Notes: a model not told the origin generated them from the sequence alone. A stretch of DNA of 64,000 bases from Planctomycetota bacterium (GCA_021776785.1 JAJFFF010000044.1:282230-346229), one strand, 5' to 3'. Counted from the stretch's first letter, positions 17,069 through 26,066 are shown. Program-made: numbers and translations.

Positions 17069-18502
17069 TTAGCGCGTCTGGCAGGAGTTGCAGTGGATGT
17101 CTTCGTCGCCGGCGCGGCTATCCGCCCAGACAACAAAAACGACGTCCCCGTCGTGGCCGATCTTGGGCTTGCGCGAATCGCTTGCGCCCGCGGCCGAGGT
17201 GTCGGTCCGCATGTCGACGGCCTGCCATGTGGTTCCGTTGTCGTTCGAGAAGTTGAAACGAACGTCATAGGACCCGTCACGGTTGTCTTGCCATGCGGCG
17301 TAGACGTTCGTGCCGGTCGCGGAAATCGTGACCCAGTCCGAACGGGCCGTGCCGGCGTCGTCGGTGTCGATGCGAACATCGTCCGTCAACCAGGTGGCGC
17401 CGCCATCTTTGCTCACGTTCATGAACACGTCGCGGTCCGCCGTGCGGTTGTCAATCCAAACCACATACACCTTGTCGTCCGCGGTGCAGGTGACCTGCGT
17501 GCGGAACGAGAACGTCGCGCCGGCCGTGTCCGTGTCGAGGCGAACATCGGTTGCCAAGAACGTAGTTCCGGCATCGGTGCTCGTCGAGAAGTACGTATCG
17601 GACTGACCGTTACGCGTGTCGGACCAGCTCACATAGACCTTGTCGCCATCGCAGTCGATGGCCGGGTCGAACGAGGTGGCTGCACCCGCGACATCGGTGT
17701 CGAGGCGCACGTCGGCGGCAAGCCAGGTGGCGCCGCGATCCGTCGAAGCGTTCACATAGATGTCTTGCAGGCCGTCACGGTTGTCGTGCCATACGACATA
17801 CACGCGCGCACCGGCCACGGCCATGCGCGGGCGATCCGCCGAGCCAACACTGTTGCTGACCGCGGCCTCGTCCGAGAACGTGGTGCCGCCATCAGCCGAA
17901 CCGCGGAAGTACACAACGCGGCTACCGGTGCGGTCGTCTTCCCAAACAACGTAGACGTTGCTGCCGTCGACCGCAATGCGCGGGTCGCCGGAGATACCAA
18001 CGCCAGCAACGTCCTGATCGAGACGCACGTCCTGCGCGAGCCAAGTCGCGCCACCATCCAGCGAACGCTGGAAGTAGATGTCGTTCTCGCCGTTACGCGC
18101 GTCTTCCCAGACGATGACCACAGTGTTGCCACTGCAGGCGATCTGGACTTCGGCAGACTCGCTGGAACCAGCGACGCTCGTGTTGACGCGCACATCGGCG
18201 GTGCTCCACGTGTCGCCGGCATCCGTCGACTTCGAGAAGTAGATGTCTTTCGCGCCATCGCGGGAGTCTTCCCACGCCGCGTAGACGGTGAGGCCGGTCG
18301 AGCAGATCTGAACGTCGCTAGCGTCGCCGCCAGTGCCGTCGCGATCCACGCGAATGTCGGTCTCCAAAAAGTTCGCGCCGAAGTTGACCGTACCGGTCCC
18401 CGCGGCTAATCCGCTGCTGCCTCCGCTGCAGCCGATCGATACTGTCATGAGCGCGGCGGCGGCTATGCCGCACCATCGGCGCAATGACGTTGACCATTCC
18501 AT
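17069..18502 (-). CDS. BNR/Asp-box repeat beta-propeller lipoprotein (~8 tandem ~43-aa blades)
   Basis: Repeated S-x-D-x-G-x-T-W/F Asp-box motifs (STDAGDTW, SLDGGATW, SADGGTTF, STDRGATW, STDAGTTF, SKDGGATW, SNDNGTTW). The start at 18502 follows AGGAGA and gives MEWSTSLRRWCGIAAAALMTVSIGCSGG (signal plus Cys). The DNA shows ~129-bp periodicity. Confidence 0.75.
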   Translation of the reverse strand: MEWSTSLRRWCGIAAAALMTVSIGCSGGSSGLAAGTGTVNFGANFLETDIRVDRDGTGGDASDVQICSTGLTVYAAWEDSRDGAKDIYFSKSTDAGDTWSTADVRVNTSVAGSSESAEVQIACSGNTVVIVWEDARNGENDIYFQRSLDGGATWLAQDVRLDQDVAGVGISGDPRIAVDGSNVYVVWEDDRTGSRVVYFRGSADGGTTFSDEAAVSNSVGSADRPRMAVAGARVYVVWHDNRDGLQDIYVNASTDRGATWLAADVRLDTDVAGAATSFDPAIDCDGDKVYVSWSDTRNGQSDTYFSTSTDAGTTFLATDVRLDTDTAGATFSFRTQVTCTADDKVYVVWIDNRTADRDVFMNVSKDGGATWLTDDVRIDTDDAGTARSDWVTISATGTNVYAAWQDNRDGSYDVRFNFSNDNGTTWQAVDMRTDTSAAGASDSRKPKIGHDGDVVFVVWADSRAGDEDIHCNSCQTR

Positions 18503-18758
18503 TTGATTCTCCTGCCGGACTTCCCCGTGATTGGACGAACCCATCCGCCCCACTTGCTTTCGCCGGCACCATGAGAATTGGTGGGAAAGCACATCACTTG
18601 ATTTTGAATCGAGAAAAAAGAGCCCGGGGACTGCTTCGAAATGAAACAGCGCCTAGGCGCGCGGCCCGGGATTCCACTGCGGCCGCCCGGCACTATTACC
18701 GCGCCGACCTCACGTTACACCTTCCGCGACGCGCCAAAACTCCGATGATCATGGCGTC

Positions 18759-19193
18759 ATGGATCCCGTCGCACGACTTCGCAAGGAGTTCTTGGAGAGC
18801 CAAGAACAGGCGATGCGTCGAACGTCACGGCAGCAGCGGCGGCGACGCTTCAACGGCGCACTGGCCGGCGGTATCGCCGGGATCGTAGCGACGGCGGTGT
18901 CCGCGGCGTTCACGCGCCAATCGATCGAGTGGCACTCGTTTGTACTCGAGGGCGTGTTCAGCACGGTCGCCGGCTATGTCTTAGCGCGCATCGGCGGGGG
19001 CATCTTGCCGGGCATCTTGTTGTTCACGACGGCGTACTGGGCCGCGTTCTTTACGCGCGCGGGCGGATTCGATCCGAGCGTAATCTTCGGCGCGGCTGAT
19101 CTCCGCGCCGCGGCCGCGGGCCAGGGCCATCTCATGACGCTCTCGATGCTCGTCGCCATCGGCGGCCTGTTCGGCCATCAGATCGAAGGCTGA
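18759..19193 (+). CDS. Hypothetical membrane protein
   Basis: 144-aa ORF with 3 predicted hydrophobic helices. No recognisable family. Confidence 0.4.
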   Translation: MDPVARLRKEFLESQEQAMRRTSRQQRRRRFNGALAGGIAGIVATAVSAAFTRQSIEWHSFVLEGVFSTVAGYVLARIGGGILPGILLFTTAYWAAFFTRAGGFDPSVIFGAADLRAAAAGQGHLMTLSMLVAIGGLFGHQIEG

Positions 19194-19197
19194 CAAG

Positions 19198-19641
19198 TTA
19201 CGGCTGCAGCGCGTAGCGCAAGATCTCGACGACCTGCTCCGGCGAATCGGCAACGGCTAACGCGGCGCGATCGACTTCTTTCAACGCATGGCCGAGCTCG
19301 TCGGGATGAAGCGTGATCACAGGCTTGCCGAGCGCCGCCGCGTAGCCCGCGTCAAAAGCAGCGTTCCACTGCCGGTACTTGTCCCCGAAACGCACCACGA
19401 CAAAGTCGGCGGCCGCGATGAGGTGGCGAGTCCGCACGGCATTGACACCAGCCCCCTTGTGGTCCCGCCAAACCGGCTTTTCTTCCGGCCCTAAAATGTC
19501 CACCCCGCACGCATCACTCTTGCCGTGGTCGGTGACGGGAGCCGTCAAGACCACCGGTAAGCCGAGCTGCTCAACGCCGGCGCGGATCCGATCGCGCCAA
19601 TCGGAGTGGATTTCGCCCGAGAGATACACCTGAGTTGCCAT
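19198..19641 (-). CDS. YtoQ-family protein (nucleoside 2-deoxyribosyltransferase-like fold)
   Basis: MATQVYLSGEIHSDWRDRI...LTAPVTDHGKSD...GPEEKP resembles the Bacillus YtoQ N-terminus (VYLAGEIHSNWREEI). Confidence 0.65.
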   Translation of the reverse strand: MATQVYLSGEIHSDWRDRIRAGVEQLGLPVVLTAPVTDHGKSDACGVDILGPEEKPVWRDHKGAGVNAVRTRHLIAAADFVVVRFGDKYRQWNAAFDAGYAAALGKPVITLHPDELGHALKEVDRAALAVADSPEQVVEILRYALQP

Positions 19642-19662
19642 CCGCCTATTATGACGCGAAGT

Positions 19663-19691
19663 TGACCCGCCCGCGACCCGCGACTAGCTTG
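19663..19691 (+). promoter_or_regulatory. Possible sigma70-like promoter (TTGACC-17 nt-TAGCTT) directly upstream of the thioredoxin-like ORF. It would imply a near-leaderless start.
   Basis: Sequence ttgacccgcccgcgacccgcgactagctt ends 6 nt before the ATG at 19697. This rests on a weak motif match only. Confidence 0.25.
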
Positions 19692-19696
19692 CGTGG

Positions 19697-20092
19697 ATGC
19701 GTTCTTCTCAATTTCTCCTCCCCCTCCTCCCGATCCTGCTGGCAGCATGCGAACCGTCGCCGGAGACCCCCAAAGACTCCTCCGACGGCGAACAGGCAAC
19801 AGCGCAGCGGCCTGTCGTTCGTTACTACGTCCTCTCCGAGTCGTGACCGTTTTGCCAAAAGGTCGTAGTTGCGATCAACAAAATCAAACCTGACTTTTCG
19901 GACCGTGTGGACTTCGAGATCCTCGACGCCAATTCGGTCGCCGGCAAAGCCGCTTCCGCCAAGCACGGTTGGGATTTGGGCCCGCGCCACGGCATCGCGA
20001 TGGAGCGCGGGGACGAAGTCCTCAACAGCCTGTCCGGCCACAGCTATGGCGAGCAACACATTCGCGACATGATCGAAGTGGGGCTCTCATAG
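19697..20092 (+). CDS. Thioredoxin-fold (redox_disulf_1/Thioredoxin_3-like) lipoprotein with an in-frame TGA at the first Cys of the CxxC motif. Candidate selenoprotein (UxxC), alternatively a nonsense pseudogene.
   Basis: ATG at 19697 opens MRSSQFLLPLLPILLAACEPSP... (lipobox LAAC) ...RPVVRYYVLSES-[TGA 19844-19846]-PFCQKVVVAINKIKPDFSDRVDFEILDANSVAGKAASAKHGWDLGPRHGIAMERGDEVLNSLSGHSYGEQHIRDMI, stopping at TAG 20090. The part after the TGA aligns to the archaeal/bacterial small thioredoxin family (kIevFtSptCPyC...idVEkiDimvd...AieyGimaVPaiaiNGvv...GaPs.eel), with U in place of the first Cys. Confidence 0.5.
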
Positions 20093-22311
20093 TCGATCGC
20101 GTTCGTATCGTCGAACAACAGTTCGACGACTATCTCGAGACCGCAACGGCCGCGCCGACGCCTCTGGCGGGGGACGCGCCGCTGCGTCCGGGGAGCCGTC
20201 TGTCGGCACGGCGCGCGCTCGCGCTGTTTGAAGATCAGGTGACGAGCCGGGCCCTCGACGTGGCCGCACGCCGCCTAAAAACGCACGGTGCTTCCTACTA
20301 CACGATCTCCAGTGCCGGACATGAGCAGAACGCGATCATCGGTTCGCTGCTGCGCACAACGGATCCGTGCTTTCTCCACTACCGCTCGGGCGGACTGATG
20401 ATGGCGCGCGCGCGCCAGCACCCGTCGGCCACGCCGATCTTCGACACGCTCCTAAGCCTCTGCGCTTCGCGCGACGATCCGATTTCTGGAGGACGCCACA
20501 AGGTGTGGGGTTCCAAAGAACTCTGGGTTCCGCCGCAGACTTCAACGATCGCGTCGCACCTTCCGAAAGCGGTCGGCGCAGCGTTCGCGCTGGGTCGCGC
20601 ACGGCGCGTGGGCATCGACGCGCCGCTTCCGCCCGACGCGATCGTGTGCGCATCGTTCGGCGACGCGTCCGCAAACCACGCCACCGCGTTGACCGGCATC
20701 AACGCCGCGCGCTACGCGAACCGGCGCGGCAACCAAGTACCGATTCTGTTCGTCTGCGAAGACAACGGCATCGGCATCTCGGTCGAAACTCCGCGCCGCT
20801 GGATTCGAGACGCGTTCGGAAACCTTGCTCACCTCCACTACTTCGAAGCGGACGGCGAACTGGAGCAGATGTGGGATACGTGCGCTGGCGCGATCGACTT
20901 TTGTCGCGCGGGACGCGGCCCCGTGTTTTTGCACCTGCGCTGCGTTCGCTTGTGGGGCCACGCCGGAAGCGATATCGAAACGGCGTATCGTGCGCTGCCG
21001 GAGATCGTAAGCAGCGAACGCCGCGACCCGTTGCTGGGTAACGCCCGACGGTTGATCGAGACCGGCGCGGCGGCCCCCGCAACACTGCGCAACATCGTAC
21101 GCGACGTGCGCCACCGTGTGACGGCGGCGTCGGTGGACGCCAGCCAGCGCGGCCACCTCGACACGCTCGCGGAAGTCACGGCCCCGATGGCTCCGTATGA
21201 CGCTCCGCGCTGCCGCGCGGCCGCCGATGCTGCACTGCGACCCGCCGACCGACGCGACGCGTGGGGCGAAGGACTTCCCGAAGCGGAAACCGCGCCGTCC
21301 AAGCGCACGATGGCGGCGCACATCAACGCGGCGTTGACCGACGAGATGGCGCGGCGGCGCGAGATCGTCGTGTTCGGTGAGGACGTTGGAAAAAAGGGTG
21401 GCGTCTACTACGTGACGGCGGGACTGCAAAAGAAGTTCGGCGCATCGCGCGTGTTCGACACCCTGCTCGACGAAACCACGATCCTGGGCGTGGCGCAGGG
21501 GGCCGCGCTGGTTGGCTTGTTGCCCGTGCCCGAGATTCAGTATCTGGCGTACGTGCACAACGCCGTCGATCAGTTGCGCGGCGAGGCGAGTTCGCTCTCA
21601 TTTTTCTCCAACGGCCAGTTTGTCAATCCCATGGTCGTCCGCATCGCTTCATTCGCCTACCAACGCGGCTTCGGCGGTCACTTCCACAACGACAATTCGA
21701 TCGGCGGACTACGCGACATTCCGGGCCTTGTGATGGCGGCGCCCTCGCGCGGCGACGATGCCGCGAAAATGCTGCGCGGCTGCCTGGCGATGGCGGCGGA
21801 ATGCGGACGCGTCGTTTGTTTTCTCGAACCCATCGCGCTGTACCACCAAAAAGACCTCTACGAGGAGGGCGACGGCGGTTGGCTGTTCGACTACCCGCCG
21901 CCCGGCGCATCGCTCCTGCCCGACGAAGTCGGCGTGTACGGCGATGGCGACGTCACGATTTTCAGCTACGCCAACGGCCTGCGCCTGAGCCTCCGTGCCG
22001 CGCGCACGCTGCAAGAACAACATGGCCGGCGTGTGAAAGTTGTGGACCTGCGCTGGCTTAATCCGCTCCCGACGCTTGCGATCGAAGAGCATGCGCACGA
22101 GGCGGCGAGCGTTATCGTGGTGGACGAGTGCCGCGCCACCGGCGGCGGGATCGCGGACGCGGTCATCGCTCATCTCGCCGAAACCGGCTACCGCGGTCGC
22201 CTTCGCTCCGTGCGCGCCGCCGACAGTTTTGTTCCGCTGGGGCCGCCCACGGCCGCGGTGCTCGTGTGCGAAGATGACATCGTGACCACGGTCTTGGAGG
22301 CCACGTCTTGA
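19969..22311 (+). CDS. TPP-dependent 2-oxoacid dehydrogenase E1 component, fused alpha and beta subunits
   Basis: N-terminal half ...YRSGGLMMAR...ICASFGDASANHATALTGINAARY (E1 alpha TPP-binding). C-terminal half MAAHINAALTDEMARRREIVVFGEDVGKKGGVYYVTAGLQKKFGASRVFDTLLDETTILGVAQGAALVGL (E1 beta/transketolase-like). The start is uncertain: the only in-frame start upstream of the conserved region is TTG at 19969, which lies inside the preceding ORF. Confidence 0.8.
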   Translation: MGFGPAPRHRDGARGRSPQQPVRPQLWRATHSRHDRSGALIVDRVRIVEQQFDDYLETATAAPTPLAGDAPLRPGSRLSARRALALFEDQVTSRALDVAARRLKTHGASYYTISSAGHEQNAIIGSLLRTTDPCFLHYRSGGLMMARARQHPSATPIFDTLLSLCASRDDPISGGRHKVWGSKELWVPPQTSTIASHLPKAVGAAFALGRARRVGIDAPLPPDAIVCASFGDASANHATALTGINAARYANRRGNQVPILFVCEDNGIGISVETPRRWIRDAFGNLAHLHYFEADGELEQMWDTCAGAIDFCRAGRGPVFLHLRCVRLWGHAGSDIETAYRALPEIVSSERRDPLLGNARRLIETGAAAPATLRNIVRDVRHRVTAASVDASQRGHLDTLAEVTAPMAPYDAPRCRAAADAALRPADRRDAWGEGLPEAETAPSKRTMAAHINAALTDEMARRREIVVFGEDVGKKGGVYYVTAGLQKKFGASRVFDTLLDETTILGVAQGAALVGLLPVPEIQYLAYVHNAVDQLRGEASSLSFFSNGQFVNPMVVRIASFAYQRGFGGHFHNDNSIGGLRDIPGLVMAAPSRGDDAAKMLRGCLAMAAECGRVVCFLEPIALYHQKDLYEEGDGGWLFDYPPPGASLLPDEVGVYGDGDVTIFSYANGLRLSLRAARTLQEQHGRRVKVVDLRWLNPLPTLAIEEHAHEAASVIVVDECRATGGGIADAVIAHLAETGYRGRLRSVRAADSFVPLGPPTAAVLVCEDDIVTTVLEATS

Positions 22312-23297
22312 AACGCACCGTCATCGTCTTGCCCGGACGCGGCTCGTACACAAAACGCGCCCGCCGCTCGCTCCCGACAGAGCACGCGTGGGTCGCACGC
22401 GCGGACGCACTGCGCGCGGAGTACGGGCTGCCCTCGCTGGTCGAGCTCGACCACGCCGATCGATGGAAGAGCTCCGTCCAACTTCGGCCCGACAACGTGT
22501 CGCCCACGATCTGGTTGATCTCGATGATCGACGCGCACGCCGCGATGCAGGAGCACGAGGCGGTCGCTGTGGCCGGCAATTCAATGGGTTGGTACACCGC
22601 GCTTGCCGTCGCCGGCGTGCTCTCGTTCGACGACGGGTTCCGCCTTGTCCAGGAGATGGCGCTGCTGCAGATGGAGCACAAAGACGGCGGGCAGATTCTC
22701 TACCCGTTGGTCGACGATCAATGGCGCGTCGACCCCCGTCAAGTCGACCGCGTGCAGGCGGTGCTGGCCTCGCGCGACGACGTTTTCGAGTCCATTCGTT
22801 TGGGCGGTTTCGTGGTGCTCGCCGGAACTGAAGACGGCGTGGGCGCTATCCTCGACACGCTGCCCGGCGTGGAGATGGGTCCGAGCGTGTTCCCGGTCCG
22901 ACTGGCGCAACATGGTCCCTATCACACCGCACTGCTCAACGCCGTCGCGCAAAAAGCGCGCGCGCAGTTGTCGCGTTTGCCATTTCGCGCGCCCGATGTC
23001 ACGCTCATTGACGGCACCGGCCGGCGCCACACGCCGGCGTCCGCGGATCCGGTGGCGCTGCGCGATTACACGCTCGGCGATCAGATCACGACGCTGTTCG
23101 ACTTCACAACGTCGATCCGCGTCGCGTACCGCGAGTTCGCGCCTGACTTTTTGACGCTGACCGGCCCCGGCAACACGTTGGGAAGCATCTGCGCGCACGT
23201 AGCGATCGCCAATCGCGTACGGAAGATCGAGTCGCGGCACGAATTTGAAGCCGTTCAGGAAAGCGATTCCCCCCTCCTCTGGTCCATGCGACGCTGA
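22308..23297 (+). CDS. Acyltransferase-domain protein (FabD/malonyl-CoA:ACP transacylase-like)
   Basis: VIVLPGRGSY (compare FabD FPGQGSQ). VAVAGNSMGWYTALAVAGVLSFDDGFRLVQEMALLQ matches the GHSxG nucleophile elbow and downstream helix of FabD (GHSLGEYSALVAAG..SFED..KLV). ATGA overlap with the E1 stop. Confidence 0.65.
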   Translation: MKRTVIVLPGRGSYTKRARRSLPTEHAWVARADALRAEYGLPSLVELDHADRWKSSVQLRPDNVSPTIWLISMIDAHAAMQEHEAVAVAGNSMGWYTALAVAGVLSFDDGFRLVQEMALLQMEHKDGGQILYPLVDDQWRVDPRQVDRVQAVLASRDDVFESIRLGGFVVLAGTEDGVGAILDTLPGVEMGPSVFPVRLAQHGPYHTALLNAVAQKARAQLSRLPFRAPDVTLIDGTGRRHTPASADPVALRDYTLGDQITTLFDFTTSIRVAYREFAPDFLTLTGPGNTLGSICAHVAIANRVRKIESRHEFEAVQESDSPLLWSMRR

Positions 23298-23303
23298 GGC
23301 GCT

Positions 23304-24452
23304 TTGATCGCGCGCCCGCAATCCATCGTCTCGCTCGCGACGAAGTTCTACGTCGCGGCCGCACTCCTCGCGTGGGCTTGGGCGGCGTTTTGGGACGTGT
23401 CGCTCTGGGGCGACCGGAGCCCTTCGACCGACCATCTGCTCGAGGGTCTTTGGACGGGCCTCGGGATCGTCGTGTTTTGCCACTTGGCCGTCGCGATCAT
23501 TCCCGCGTTCCGACGCGCCGGCGAAAAGATGGCGGAACTTCTCGGTCCCGTCGCGCCCCTCCAAGCGATTTACTTGGCGTTGCTTTCCGGCATGGCAGAG
23601 GAGCTCGTGTTTCGCGGCGCACTCTGGGATCAACTCGGACTCATCGGAACATCGGTGTTTTTCGGGCTCTGTCACGTCGTCCCGGTGCGCGGGCTGGCCG
23701 GCTATCCCGTGTTCGCGTTTTTTGCGGGACTGATCTTGGGAGCGCTGCGCGAGTACAGCGGTTCGGTGGGGCCACCGATCGTCGCGCACGTCACGGTCAA
23801 CGCGATCAACCTCGCGTGGATCGGACGCCGCACGCCGCATCGAAGACGTGCGCCAGACGATCCTCCCGACGCGGACGACGACGCGGACGACGAAGCGGAC
23901 GCCGACGCGGCGAGCCCGGAGCGCTCCGACATGCACTTCCCGGACGAGATCGAGATTCCGGATACGTTCCCGATCACGATCTGGCGCTACGACCTCCGCG
24001 TCGAGCTCTCCGGGACGGACCGACAAACGTTGCCACAGTGTTTGGAGCACGAAGAGCTCTCCCTTTTTCGATATGTTCCCCGCGAGGCGGTCTACGACGA
24101 ACTGAGTGACGGACGCTTTGTGTTTTCGCACTCGTTCGACGCGCCGCTCAGCACGTTTCCAGCCGACGTCGCCGCGTTGTCCAGCTACCTATTTGAGCCG
24201 GTCATCGGAATCGAAGTAGCGGAGCGATTCGTCGATGAAAAGACAACCGACGACGTACGCGCGTGGAAGATCGTGGCGCAACGCGGACAGTGGGTCAAAG
24301 TACCGCTGGTCGTCGACCAGCCGGAACCCAATCGCTTCCTCGTCGATCCCGACAACGAAGACGAAGCCGTACTGCGCGCGCAGTGGTCGACGTTTCCGCG
24401 CTGGTTTCAGGACGCGATGCGCTATCGCTACCCGCGACTCCGCGATCTGTAG
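23304..24452 (+). CDS. CPBP-family intramembrane metalloprotease (CAAX protease/Abi) with an acidic linker and a ~200-aa C-terminal soluble domain of unknown function
   Basis: EELVFRGALWDQLG (EExxxR motif), FGLCHV, and PIVAHVTVNA (HxxxN) in a multi-TM N-terminal half. These are followed by DDPPDADDDADDEADADAA and an uncharacterised C-terminal domain. Confidence 0.7.
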   Translation: MIARPQSIVSLATKFYVAAALLAWAWAAFWDVSLWGDRSPSTDHLLEGLWTGLGIVVFCHLAVAIIPAFRRAGEKMAELLGPVAPLQAIYLALLSGMAEELVFRGALWDQLGLIGTSVFFGLCHVVPVRGLAGYPVFAFFAGLILGALREYSGSVGPPIVAHVTVNAINLAWIGRRTPHRRRAPDDPPDADDDADDEADADAASPERSDMHFPDEIEIPDTFPITIWRYDLRVELSGTDRQTLPQCLEHEELSLFRYVPREAVYDELSDGRFVFSHSFDAPLSTFPADVAALSSYLFEPVIGIEVAERFVDEKTTDDVRAWKIVAQRGQWVKVPLVVDQPEPNRFLVDPDNEDEAVLRAQWSTFPRWFQDAMRYRYPRLRDL

Positions 24453-24467
24453 CCAGGGCCTATCGAA

Positions 24468-25967
24468 CTAGCGACAGGAGTAGGTTTCGTCCGTCAGTGC
24501 GTCTGCGATCACGACAACGCGACGCAAGTGCGGTCCGGTGTCTCCGCCTTCGCCGCCTGCGAGCACCGTGAGGCCGTTGCGATCCACAAAGCCGATGTGC
24601 GCGCCCATCGCGATGGGTAGCTCGACATTGCGCACGGTATAGACGATGGCGTCCGGCAAACCAAACGAACCGGAAGGTAGGTAGTCAACGATCTCGAGCG
24701 AGCGGATCGGCGGAGATCCGGGCTCAGAAATGCGGAGTCCTCCCGCCGCGAGAAAGCGGCGTCCGGTGCCGTCACGCGGCGTCAGAGAAAACGCACCGCG
24801 ACGATCGCGCAAAAGATCTCGCGCGAAAAAGGACCCGTTCGACGAGAAGTCATAGACGACGATTGAGCGTGTGTCACCGCCGACGATGAGGAGTCGGTCC
24901 GCGTCAACCCGGTGCGCTTCCGCGCGAAATCGAATGTCGCCCTCGGGTCGAGACTGGATCTCAAGGCCCGTAAAACGAGCCGCTGTGCTCTCCAAGTTGC
25001 CAACGCCGAAGTACACCTCGAAATCGCCATGCAAAAACTGCACATGCTGGGCCGATGCCACAGGCAACGGGTGCCCGAAATCGGTCCATTCGATCGCGTC
25101 CAGCACCTCCACGCTGTCGAGGCGTTCGCCCGCGGCGTCAAACCCGCCGGACACCATCACCTCCAAGCCGCTGGCGAAAAGGGATGCCGCATGCCAGCGA
25201 CGGGCGGTAAGAAGTTCGGCTGAGGGAGCGAAGTTGCCCGACGCGGGATCAAAAATTTCCGTGGAAGCCAACGGCGCTCCGCCGACCGTGGACACTCCGC
25301 CCACGATCAACACACGACCGTTCGGCAAAAGCGTCAGCGTGTGCTCGGCGCGCGGCACCATCATCTTGGACGTATGCACCGAAAAACTAAGCGTCGCCGG
25401 GTCCCAGATTTCGACCGTATCCGTCGCGTCGGTCTCGTCGATGAACCCGCCGAAAATCATGAACCGCCCATCACGCAGCCGAATACCCCGCGCGAATGCG
25501 CGTCCGACGTTGAGCCGGTCTCCCAGATCAAGGAGCTGATCGGGGCGTACGGTCGGCGTCGCGCTTTCGGTGATGAAACAGATGCGCTGGGCCGCGGCGA
25601 GGGGCGAGCCCGCTGCGCTCGTGACGCCGACACCCACGATGAGCTCGTACTCGGTGTTCGGTTCGAGCGACTCGATCGGCTCGACGCGCGCCGTCGAGGA
25701 GTTAAACGCCTGCGTCTCGACGCGAATCCCAACCGGGGCCCCGCCGAATGGCTGGAGGCGAATGTTGGCCGCCGTGAGCGTGTTCAGGTCCGCGGACTGC
25801 GAAAACGTAATCGCCACGCCGTTCGCGATGCCAGCCGTTGTGTCGCCGTTCTCAGGCACGGTCGCGAACAAGGTGAACCCCGTCGCACCGCCGCCGTCCG
25901 AGCCACCACCACCACCGCCCCCACAGGCGGCAGCGCAGACAAATCCCATGATGAAGACAAATCGCAT
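24468..25967 (-). CDS. Kelch-repeat beta-propeller lipoprotein with an N-terminal Ig-like domain
   Basis: Start at 25967 gives MRFVFIMGFVCAAACGGGGGGGSDGG (lipobox). An Ig-like region (GIANGVAITFSQSADLNTLTAANIRLQ...EPNTEYELIVGVGVTSAAGSPL) is followed by repeated ...DGRxxxxGG...D..E.WDP... Kelch-like blades. Confidence 0.65.
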   Translation of the reverse strand: MRFVFIMGFVCAAACGGGGGGGSDGGGATGFTLFATVPENGDTTAGIANGVAITFSQSADLNTLTAANIRLQPFGGAPVGIRVETQAFNSSTARVEPIESLEPNTEYELIVGVGVTSAAGSPLAAAQRICFITESATPTVRPDQLLDLGDRLNVGRAFARGIRLRDGRFMIFGGFIDETDATDTVEIWDPATLSFSVHTSKMMVPRAEHTLTLLPNGRVLIVGGVSTVGGAPLASTEIFDPASGNFAPSAELLTARRWHAASLFASGLEVMVSGGFDAAGERLDSVEVLDAIEWTDFGHPLPVASAQHVQFLHGDFEVYFGVGNLESTAARFTGLEIQSRPEGDIRFRAEAHRVDADRLLIVGGDTRSIVVYDFSSNGSFFARDLLRDRRGAFSLTPRDGTGRRFLAAGGLRISEPGSPPIRSLEIVDYLPSGSFGLPDAIVYTVRNVELPIAMGAHIGFVDRNGLTVLAGGEGGDTGPHLRRVVVIADALTDETYSCR

Positions 25968-26066
25968 CTTCCCTCGATCTCTCAAACTTGCGGCCCGCCC
26001 GCCCGTTATAACGGATCGCACCCCGCGGGACAGGCTCGAATTCGGACCACACGAGAAGCGAACCCA

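Noticed and set aside
17066-18409. 447-aa plus-strand ORF overlapping the BNR lipoprotein gene
   Set aside because: Antisense to a gene with clear Asp-box repeats, a ribosome-binding site and a terminator. The composition is Arg/Val/Gly-rich with no motifs.
20542-21558. 338-aa minus-strand ORF inside the E1 dehydrogenase gene
   Set aside because: Antisense to strongly conserved E1 beta-subunit sequence. Arg-rich junk translation.
22581-24131. 516-aa minus-strand ORF spanning the acyltransferase and CPBP genes
   Set aside because: It crosses two sense-strand genes with recognisable motifs. The composition is extremely Arg/Asp-rich.
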